DNA of 64,000 nucleotides from Ruditapes philippinarum (Eukaryota): contig NW_026865440.1 of the NCBI RefSeq assembly GCF_026571515.1, positions 248,001 to 312,000 of the forward strand, given 5' to 3'. Shown here piece by piece: positions 25,301 through 37,300 of the stretch. The translations under genes were made by a program, and so were the position numbers. The notes beneath the pieces are model-generated. The model worked only from the letters and a program-made list of their open reading frames with translations, made no database searches and was not told the origin of the DNA. How positions within the stretch are numbered: position 1 is the first letter of the stretch; each line of letters opens with the position of its first letter.

Positions 25301-28300
25301 TTATAACAAATGTATCCACAAGATATTACAATACAGTGGAGTATAAAGTATGTGTTCTGGTGTCTTCTATATAACGTTCCAAAATGTCAAGTAAATGTTC
25401 TGTAGCTTCGCGATATTCTCGTCTCACTTGATAGTGTCTAAGCCATATCCAAACCATACAGACAAGTGTTAACATATTCAATGCCTTTGATGGGTCGTGA
25501 TAGCCTTATTATTGACAAACAAATTTGCTGCAGTTGTAGTTGAACTGAATCCTCCAAAACCGCAAGGTGTTGGTCTAGTTGTTGATACAAACGCGCCAAA
25601 TCCGCCTATTGGGGTCGGTTTTTGTTGAGGAGCGCCTACTATTCTTATATATTCGCAGTTTGGAGACCACTTGTAATGTTCTCTCAATGCACAGTCCGAC
25701 CTTTCCCAAGCACTCAATTTCACGTGACATCGAAAACACGCACACACGTCAGCTTTGCCGCTGTAATACAATCCTGCACTTGCCAACTGGTATTTATCTG
25801 GTAACATTTGTTTCGGATAGGTTTCAAACGTCTTCAGTCTGTTATCATAATATTCCATATTTTTGTTGAGGGGTTTGCAGTCAGTGACGTTCATCTTGTT
25901 TATGCCAAAGCTTCGTGGTGTTTTCATTTATATACACACGGTTTGATTTCTGATTGGATGTTATTTTTAGAATGAGGTTATCGATCTATTTATAGAACTT
26001 TTGTCATTGCTATTTATAGTCACACGATTTTACCAGTTTCTGCAATCATTGGGGTTACACTCTGAACATTGTAGGGCTCCTAACTGATTCATGTGGTCGC
26101 TTTGTAAATAACAGGGCACCACTGCGTCTAATTCTGGTAAATTCCTGCCAATCTCTGGCATCAACTCTTTCAACCGACTGTACTCGGCGGGTCTCAAACA
26201 TATCCCCTTCCTAGTCGGTACTACGTCATTTTCAGGTTTCCAAAACTGTCTGATGTCCACACATACACTGCCTTCACCCACATTACAGAACACGTTACCT
26301 CCAAGATGAGTGTTATAGGTCTGACTGTTTTGAAGTGTCTGGTCAACGTATTCTATCGCATCTGTTAAGTTTTTCCATCGCATTAATGTTAACCAAATAC
26401 CCTTTTTTGTGGGTTTGTCGTCCTGCCATTCTCTGATGTCAACTCTAAGCTCACCTTTCCATTCATTCACTTGCACATATCTTTGGTTTCCAAGACTGTA
26501 CTTGCATCTTGAATTGTTTGCCATGTTTGCTCGTCGAGTGTCAGAACTCTAATGACATAGGTGATCGTTACACCGTCTTTTATAGATCAAAGTCTCTTCT
26601 GATTGGTCATTTTTTTTCCGAGCATTTGATTGGTTACCTTCAGCCTGTAATAAAAGAGAAACTGCTGTTAGATTGGACAATGTCAATTCTAAATTTAGAT
26701 CAGCGCATGCGTAAGATGCATCGTAAATATGACTTTAGCCATTTAGTGATTGTACGTCATAGAGTAAACATCATGATGTAGTAAGTTAAGTTTTATTTTA
26801 AGTACATATCTTAGTTTCTGTGAAAAATGTTAAAAAGAAAAAGCGTTTATGTATGAGTGATTTTAATTTCGATTTTAGTCCGTATTCATAAAGAGCGGCT
26901 TAAGACATTTCGTTTGATACCAAACACGCCTTAGTTCGGTCCGGACGTGGTACAGAAAACACGTTTTTACGCTTCAGTGATTTCAGTTCCGGTCCAATGG
27001 CTTTTTGAATAGGGTCCGGTAACAGGTGTGGTAAAATGCTTTCCAACGATACCAAACAAGAGTATATTCGGTCAAGAAATAACGGAAAAAATCGATTTTG
27101 AAATTTCCGTGACGTCACTTCCGGTGACTTTAAACTCGAATTACTCGAAAACGGTAAAAGATAAACCCATAAAACTATATATTTTCTTAATTAGCGCGAC
27201 GAGACGAATCGATTGGTAAACAGTTCTAACGTTTTTATTGACTTTCGCAATTTAGGGTTTAAAATCGCTCTTGCGTCATAACTCAAAAACGGCTGAAAAT
27301 CGAATCGAGAACCCCGGGTCAAAACGAAAGCTTTCGGTTTATTCTAGCTTTCGGTTTATTCTATCTTATAACGACTTTATCTCGAAAATTTTGAGCGTAA
27401 ACGGTTGCCCAAACGATAAAAAACCGGTTTATAGCTTAAATGTATTATAAATTTCATTTAAAATCAGTTTACAACTTTCTTATACATAAGTTATTCATTC
27501 AAAATCAGTTTACAACTTTCGTATACATAAGTGTATTCATTCAAAATCAATTTTCGTAAAAAAAAAACGGGAATTTGAAGTGTTCATAAAAATCACAAAA
27601 TTTGACAAGTTGTTAAGGGCAACCGTGTTTAAAATATGCAATCAGTTGACCGTAGTATGCACTTGAAAGGAACCTAATTAAGGGGGTACGACGGTCGCTG
27701 CGTTTGAAAGGATAATAGATTCTTTTGTGATTAATAAAAAGTTATATTTAGTAACGAAGGATAAAGGGTTTTTGTTCAACATAGTGCCGCTAGGTATTGT
27801 GAATCTAGACTGAGCGGCGACTGTACTTAATGCCTTTTTCTTTCATTGACACCCGCGTGGGGCTGATGAAATAGCTCCTGGTGGTTGTGAAATACCGCGA
27901 CTAAAAATAGATCATGCGCAGTCTACAAGAACGTTACGCTATGACAGTCATTTCCTTACTAAATGTAGGTAAGTAAACGAGTTATATTTGTATCAATATT
28001 ATTTTGAACCTATTAAAAAACTATTTTTTATAAATTAAAATGTTAAGTACGTATCTATTTACAAACATTTCTTTTATCTGTCATAATGGTAATTATCTCT
28101 CCGTCTAGGGCCGAGGACCTGACCCTCAATGTCCGCGATTCAAGCCCTAAATCGTGTATACGAGTCAGCTCCGTATACTTCCGGGAGATTAAAAATAGAT
28201 TTCTAAAAATAGACGGATGATCACATTCTCAAAATAGAACAATGATGTCATTCTAAATAAAAAATCCAATATGGCCGCCGCGCATGCGCAGACGTGACGC

Positions 28301-31300
28301 CAAACCGACCCCTATACTACTGTTCTGAATAATTTGTACAATTCCAATCTTTCTAAGAACAAACATTTTATATTGATGTTATATCCTTTTAACTCCAACT
28401 ATTTCTCGTTAAACAATTTAGCATTACATGTTTTCATTTATTGGAAGGTCATTTGAGCCGTGCCATGACAAAACCAACATATTGGGTTGCGACCAGCATG
28501 AATCCAGACCAGCCTGCGCATTCGTGCAGTCTGATCAAGATACATGTTGTTCGTTCAAGCAGAGCAACCGATAGCGAACAGCATGTATCCTGATCAGACT
28601 CAACGGATGCGTAGGCTGGCCTGGATCAATGCTGGTCGCAAACCCATTATGTTGGTTTTGTCATGACGCGGCTCATTCTATTCTAGGAAGGATGCTGTTG
28701 AATTTTCCTGTACTTTATTGATACAAGACATTAGCAAAGTTGTTTATCAAGTTAAATTCTATTAAAATAATCCCACGTCTTCAGTTATTATGTTTCGGCA
28801 GGTGATGAAATCGTGTGTACATAAAAAAAATACAATAATAAAAATAATAATAAACACCGCCTAGCGGGAGTCATACTCGAAATGTTCTGACTCATCGGAT
28901 GACACAAAGTAAGGAATACTCCAACAAAACATTAACAACAATGTATTATTATGGACTGGAACGGGAACGGAAAACATGATTTTTCTCGCAAAAAGTTAAG
29001 CTTATAACACAGTACAGTCAAACTGGTAAATAAGGACCATCCAAAGAGAGAACATGCATGGCCTTAAATGACAAAAGGTATTTATTAGGAATGTCCATTT
29101 TTCAATGCAGGTTTCTCAAAAAAGTGGTCTTTAACTACAAGGTGGTCTTAAATCGGAGTTTGTCTCTAATCAAGGTTTGACTGTGTATCAATTATTGAAA
29201 GTCACTAGTTCTGGCTTCCAAAATTTTATAAGCCGCTATTTAACTTTTTTTTTCATCTGATGCGGCATTAAAGTTTTGGATTAGACCCGTAACAAAACCT
29301 AACCAGAATAACATAAGTTGATTTATTCTTATTTTTCACTTGCAAATACACTTCACCCAATCAATTCTTGTGCATTTTACGATAGAACAATTATTTTTAT
29401 ATCGTTCTATACCAAGTAAAGTATCAAAATATTAATACCGTCATTAAAATTGTCTATTTAACTGTAAAACATCAATTTACGCCGATTACAGCCAGCCATG
29501 ACATTCAGATGCCACGCGAGACCTCGTATGACGTCATTCGCGGGAACCGATTTGAATAGAGTCGTGTACTATATTTAGAACATTTTGTTGACATGATTTC
29601 GATATTTTTATTCAAATGATGTTTTTATTTATTTTCATTAATTTTTAGTACTTACATATGATTTTATTGAATATAAAAGTCACTAAATCACCTTTTTCAA
29701 TATCTTTAAAAAAAGTAATTTATAAAAATATTGGAAGCACATGGGTTCGTAAAGGTCAATCTCGTAATCACGTGGTCAAACATTTTGGCAATATGGCGGC
29801 CAAGTGCCGAAATTTTTACCTGTCGGAAACTATTAGGAAGTTTATGTTCATAATAAGATTTTTATTTGTCCATCCTTGGCTTATCAACATATTATATATA
29901 GTGTTATCAAGGTATACTTCACTTTACTTCATGGCATGTTCGATGAATGAATACGAGCGTGTCAGATTCCTGGCAACGATTATTGGTCGACTTTCCCTAC
30001 GGGGTTGTCTCATGTCATAGTATATAAACGGGTACGCTGAAGACCTTAAGCTAGAAAGTCACATGCATAGCGTATTTAAATAAAATCTTACTTGTTTTCA
30101 TCCGGTTATAACGTCTCCTCTCTAAAAATCTCTGAAAAATGTTTCCTTCATTCTGTCTGTTTTGCCTTGTTTCATCTGAAGAATAATTGAAACATTAACA
30201 ATTCAATAAAATCAGTTATAAGAATTATGATACCTACTTTCCAAGGCTTGAACCATTGTAATTGAATCTGTGCTATATAATAGAAGTAGCCACTAAAAGT
30301 CAACACTTTGATTAGTTGTCGAACTGCACTACGCAGTATTACCAGTTTAGATAGGATAGGATAGGAGAGATGGTCACTTTTCTTAACAACGAAAAACATT
30401 GTTTGGACCTAAATAGGGTATTTTGTCACTGTTTGAGGCCTGGCAAAAACCATCAAAACACGTCTATATGAGGGAAAAGGTTAAATAAAAAATCAGTTGT
30501 TCAGAAAAAAATAGTGTTATCTTTTTGTTAAAACATCGGCTTTAACAAAGATATAACAACAAAATTAATTCACNNNNNNNNNNNNNNNNNNNNNNNNNNN
30601 NNNNNNNNNNNNNNNNNNNNNNNNNNNNNNNNNNNNNNNNNNNNNNNNNNNNNNNNNNNNNNNNNNNNNNNNNNNNNNNNNNNNNNNNNNNNNNNNNNNN
30701 NNNNNNNNNNNNNNNNNNNNNNNNNNNNTTTGACTTGTGTTCACGTAAAATGATACGGCACTTTAACATTAGACAGTACTTGTCAAATATTGTACATGTA
30801 CATAAGAAGGTACTCAATCGCCATCTACATTAGTATAATTGTGTAATTTCCTTTTTGGATATTGAAGGAAATATAGACAGTTTGTATACTGGTACTGTCC
30901 AACAATATTGATCTGGCACTTCATTAACTTTCGTAAATATCATTGGATAAACACTGGTATCTAACGAATATATTGATATACTTGTAAGCTTCACACATCA
31001 GTGCGGTGTGGTGTGTTGGTATAGATCTGAAGTTATCTGGTTCTATTCGTTACCAACACCACGATATGAAGTTTCTTTTTCCCCTTTTTGAAGCGGACAA
31101 TAATTAATTTGAAACCGTTTTACTACATGTGGTTTAAAGAATCCTTTTAGGTTTTTTATTCACAATTATATTTGTTTCTTTTTATTATATCATTTTTACT
31201 AAGAATTAAAGCGCATTTATAATACAAATCAAATAATTAATTAATAAATGGTCGCCCCGCAGTGGCGCGGAACGAGATGCAAAAATTAAACGACAGGAGC

Positions 31301-34300
31301 GCTCAGCGAAACCAAGCTCATTAGCAGGTGCGCGAAACGAGGTGTATAGAACGGCGGGGTGCGCTCATTAGCTAATTAGTTTAATAAATGAAACGTCGCC
31401 CCGCGCCCCTGCTAATAAGCGTGTTTTCGCTCCGCGCCCTGGACATTATAACTTGTTAATTTTCGACTTGTCGCTTGTCAGGGTCGCGCGGCGAAAACAT
31501 GAATGACACCAATCAGCCACCATAAATTACACAGGTAGCCCCTTAAAGTCGTTAAACAAAATCATGAAATGTCAAATGTGCACTTAGATGAATATGATCA
31601 TGATGAGGATGTCGCTGATGCTCCTGCTGATTATGATGATCATGGATGATTCTGATAATGTCGAAGATAATGGCGATAATGACGATGATGATGTAGATGA
31701 TGATGTTAATGATGACAAGGTAAAGGAAAAACACGAGAGGGCCTGCACTGACCAGAATTTTTGTGTAGCCAAATTTACTTCTTGCACCCTATATAACAAA
31801 AGTGGTTACAAATTAGCAAAATTCTGTTAGCAACTTGAAAACATTGTTGTCAATGAGCAACATTTCAGGTTAAGACAGAGTGAGCCCTGTATTATTTTAA
31901 ACATGATGTTCAGTTTCAGAACAGTTTTCGTACATTTCGTACATGTATAAGCATTTATCAGGAGTGAATTCACCGGAAGCTACTTGCACGATGACGTGTA
32001 GCTTTTCAAAATGATGATAGCATGACGTCACACTAGTCATTTTTTGGGGTGTCACTTTTTGCAAAGAAGGGATCGTTGTGAAGGTGTGCTACCACTAAAT
32101 TATCAGATAGTTTTATAGCGTTATTCTCTCATATAAACTGGTATTCATTTGTGTTTGAACGTGCATTGTGCTTGCGTAAATTGTGTGATAAGCATAGATA
32201 TAAATTGATATTTTAAAAAAAGTTGGATTTTTTTTTTATTCGGGCATCTATATTATTTTTTAAATTTATATATTGTTATAATAATAATGACTAGAATTAA
32301 ATAAGTTTTGAAAATAAAATCATTTGTGAAATTCATTTTATGAATTCGGTTAATTTCAAAACATAAATGAAAATGGCTTTTTAAAGTTCATTGGTTAATT
32401 TACAAACAAATAAAAGTTCATTTTAGCTCGACTTTTTAAAAAAAAGTAGAGGTATTGCTATAATCGCGGCGGCGTTGCAGTCGCAAACTTGTACCTGGAT
32501 CATACCTTTTTGATTTTTTGGTGTATTGTCTTCATACTTGGCCACAACAACAAGACCTTTCAGTAGACCACACTAACCTTGACCTTCATCCATAAATGAC
32601 CTTGACCTTCAAGGTTAAAAGTCCAAATTTTGCTTGTTCATGCTGTTATTTGCTGTAACTTTATTATTTTTGAATGGATTGTCTTAAAACTTGAACATAA
32701 TAATCTTCAAGGATATCCCTGAAAAATAACCAGACAGACCTTGACCTTCAATCATAAATGACCTTGACTTTGAAGGTCAAATTATTGAAATGTTCATTTT
32801 GTTGTATATGTCTTTCAGGTGGGTTGAAGGTGTGCATACCATATATTTACTGCTTAATTTGTTATTACGTTACTCTCTTTTTTGTTATCGAACAACATAT
32901 TACATTTTCGCTACAAGTTTGTGTCACAAACTTCTCCCACAGTTTTTGAGCAAACATATTCAGATTTGGAATATGTCTTGCAAATGGGATGAAGATGTAC
33001 AAGACTCATTTATTTTCACTCTGTTTTGTAATTTACATTACGCCATTTCCGTTACCATATAACATAATAAAATTGCTGTGTAAGTTTGTGTCGCCAACTA
33101 CCCATACAGGTTTTCATCACTCATTTTAAAATTTAATTTGTACGTAAAGATGTGCAAGACACATATATTTTCGTCGACCTGTTTCGAACATATTTTCTGG
33201 TATTTCCGTCACTATATAAAATAATATAGATGCTGTGTAAGTTTGTTTCGCAATTTTTTTTTTCATGTTTTGAGAAAACATTTTCAAATTAAATTGTATT
33301 CCGTTTAGATGGTTTCAAGATGTACAAGACACATTGTTTTGTCGGTCTGTTTGTAATTTTCTTTGCGATTTAGTCAACTCCATGTAAGTTGGTCATAGTG
33401 TTAACTATCAATTTGTTGGCAGGGGTAATAAAGTCACATTAAATAACAGTTCTATTTACATTTAAAGGCACATCTATTGCCGGCTTAAACGTTATTACAT
33501 TGTAATGTACAAAAGAAGATTGTGTTGTTAGTGCTAAAAAGATTAAATAAAGTGCTAAAGAAAGAAGGAAATAGACTATGAATGTGTATAGATAGGTTAG
33601 ATGTAAGAGGTTGGAAGGTTCATTATGATTTGTTAAAATAAAAATACATCACCTATAAAATTTGTTATAGATTGATCAAGTACTTTTACATTTTTAATGT
33701 TGAATATTGATATGTAAATGTATTTCTTGTATGTTCATAAAATAAGACTGAAATAAGCTTAATAAAATTTATTTTTTAAACTTATCATTCTTTTCATTAC
33801 GAATAATACAATTGTGTTCACGCAGCATTGATTATAATATCATATTTTAAACAAAAATAAAATAAAAATAGTCAGTAATTGACAGAGTTATTGCCCCCTC
33901 CCCCTTGATTTTCAGTGGAAATTGGCTAATCATTGGTACCTTTTGAGACAGGCGTTTTTTAGATATTTCATTGTGGCATTTCTTTGACAATGTATCCAGT
34001 CAAATCTGGTGCCCGAAGAAATAGAACGTTCTATATGTTTCATGTGGCAAACTTTAAACAAATTATCTCCAGTGCAATCAACAGTACCTGTTGAGATAGA
34101 CGTTCAGTATATTTCATTTTGGCAATTTCCATTGATAATATCTCATGCCAGATCTGGTTACATGTTAGAGGAGAATATGCGTTGCTTGTTGTTTATATGT
34201 GGCAATCTTTTACAAAGGTTCTCCAGTTCAAATATGTGCCTGAAAATATTAGAAATTTAGAGATACTTTTATTTGGCAATCTTTGAAAAATATCTGCCAG

Positions 34301-37300
34301 CCAAATCTGTACATGTACAGATATGTATTTTCTTGAATATTTTATGTGACAATGTTAGACTATAGTCTCCAGGCAAACCTCGGTGCCCCCTTAAGAGATA
34401 GATGTTCTAGATATTTTAATGTGCAATCTTTGATATTTCATTTAGCATATTAGACACTGTCTCCCCTTTTCAAAATCTGGTACATATAGAGATATAGCAT
34501 TCATAAATATTCACAATTAGCAATCATCTTATGGACAAATTTCTGCAAGCCAAATTTCTCGGTACAATTATAGAGGATATACCGGGTTCTTGATATTCAC
34601 GTGGCCAAATTTCATTGACAATGTCTCTAGTCAAACCATTATGCCTTTAGAGATAGGCCGTTCTAGATATTTTCACGTCTTGCAATTTTTGACAATGTTC
34701 TCCAGCAAAAACTTCTCGGCACATTATAAAGAATATGGGGCTCTTCTTTTATTTCAACGTGACCCAATCTTTGACAATGTCTTCAGGTAAGGTTTCTAGA
34801 TATTTTATTGCGGCAATCTTTGGAATATCTCAATCGAAAAATTTAAAAATATGTAGAGATTTTGCGTTCTCAATATTTAAAGTGGCAATCTTTTGACAAT
34901 ATCTTCTTGTCAAATCTGGTTACAAAACCTGTAGAGATAATAGTTCTAAAATATTTCATATGGCAAAAATTTGACAAAAATTCTTCCATGCCCCAATATC
35001 TTTGACGTGAACCTGTTAGGGATAAGACGTTCTCTATTTATTTTTTATGAGCCCAATTTTGATTTAATGTCTCAAAGCAAAAAAATCTAGTTATGTGTAA
35101 AAAGATTATGCGTTCTTTATGTTTTATGTGTCTTAGGGAAATGTATTTCCAGCCTAAATATGCTAAACCTTTGAGTTTTAAAGATATAACAAATGTGACA
35201 ATCGTTGGCAATAACTCCTGGTTTAAATTTAGAGAATACGCCTTCTTGATATTTTATTTTGGCAAATCAAATTGACAGTGTCTCCTCTTCAAATATGGGT
35301 TTCTTTTTAAAAACAATGCATTTCTAGATATCTTATGTTCAACCATTGACAATATCACCAAGCCAAATCTTAATACATGTAGAAATAGGCGATCTAGATA
35401 TTTCATGTGGCAATATTTTGGATTTTATCGTCACTGAAATGTTGTACATAATTATGGACATTAAACGCTCCAGGTATTTCATGTGGCAATCTTTTGACAA
35501 AATGTCTTCAGGCAAATCTCGCACTTTTTGAGCAATGTTCTAGATATTTCATGCGGCAAATTGTGTTTAAATATCTTCCAAAGAAATCTAGGAACATGTA
35601 GAGATATGCGTTATTTCAATTTGACAATATTTGACGATATTCTCAGACCAAATCAAGTTACGTGTAGAGAGAGTCGATCAGATATTTTCATGTGGAAATC
35701 TTTGACAATGTCTTCCAGTCAAACCTTGTGCCTAAATAGAAAGGCGTTTCTAGATATTTCAATGTGGGCTATCTTTGGTCAATGACTGTGCAGTTAAGAC
35801 TGGTATATTTAGAGATACGCCTTCTTGAATTTGATGTGGGCAATCTTTGAAGCTGTCTCCCAGTGAAATTTGGTTTCTTTAAAAAACATGCATTCTATTT
35901 TTTTTATTGTTGCAATCAGTTCTCAAGCCAAATCTAGTACATGTAGAAATAGGTGATCTAGTAATTTGATGTGGCAATCTTTGGCAATGTTTCCAGTCAA
36001 ACCTTGTGCCTTTAGATAGATAGTGTTGCATATATTTCATGTGGCAATTTCTGACAGTAATTCCAGCCAAATCTGATTTTCCTTTTAGACAGGCCTTCTA
36101 GATATTTTATGTGTTAGTCTTTGACAATGTCTCCAGCCAAATTCTGGGTATATTTTTGAGACTGGCATTATAAATATAACATGTGACATTCTAGATAATG
36201 TCTCAAGCGAAATCCGATAAGGGTAGAAGTATGTTTTCTTGATGTTTTTATGTGGCAATCTTTGACAAAGTCTCCTTTCAAATCTAATGTGAAATGTGGT
36301 ACATATAGAGATTGACTTTCCAGATATTTAGTGTGGCAATCTTTGACAATGTCTCCGGGCACATCTGACATCTTTTCAGGTAGGCGTTTCCGATAATAAA
36401 TGTGGCAGTCTTTGCAATATCTCCTGTGAAATCTAAAACATGTAGAGATATGCAGTCTTGATATTTAATGTGTCAATCTTTGACAATATATCTAGACAAA
36501 TCAGGTACCTGTAAAGATAGCAGTTGTATAGATTAAATGTGGCAATCTTTGCCAATATCTCCAGGCAAATCAGCAACCTTTTGAGGCAGGCGTTCCCGAT
36601 AATGAATGTGGCAATCTTTGAAATATCTCAAGTGAAATCTAGAATATGTAGAGATATACAGTCTTGATATTTAATGTTTCAATCTTTGACAATATACATT
36701 ATGTATCTAGACAAATCAGGTACCTGTAAAGATAGCACTTGTATAATATTTGATGTGGCAATCTTTGGCAATCTCTCTAACCAAATCGGGTACATATTGA
36801 GATATGCGTTCTTGATATTTCATGTGGCAATCTTTGACGATGACTCCAGTAAAACTTGGTGCCTTTAGAGATTTGCGTTTTTCTTGATATTTTCATGTGG
36901 CAATCTTTTGACAATGATCTCTTAATCAAATCTGGTTCATATAGAGAATTGCGTTCTTGATATTTCATGTAGCAATCTTTGACAATGTCTCTAGTCAAGC
37001 ATGATGCCTTTAGAGATAAGCGTTATAAATATTTCATGTAGTAATCTTTGACAATGTCTCCTTTCAAATCAGGTACACATATGCGTTCCAGATATTTCAT
37101 GAAGCAATCTTTTATAAGGTCTCTAGTCAAACATGATGCCTTTAGAGATAGGCGTTCTAGATATTTCTTGTGGCAATCTTTGACAATGTCTCTAGTCAAA
37201 CCTGATGCCTTAAGAGATAGGTGTTTTAGTTTTTTCATGTGGCAATCTATGACAATGTCTTCAGTCAAATCTGGTACTTGTATGGACTATTGTTTTAGAC

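Larger units (their letters stand above)
11539..28321. mobile_element. Full-length Maverick/Polinton (polintovirus/adintovirus-like) endogenous element, 16783 bp
   Basis: AGTAGT...ACTACT termini, long TIRs, 6-bp TSD GTTCTG (11533-11538 and 28322-28327). Contains pPolB, ATPase, protease, MCP, mCP and integrase. Confidence 0.98.

Noticed and set aside
31552-31830. Asp-rich, His-rich and Ser-rich ORFs
   Set aside because: Translations of the (GAT)n microsatellite.
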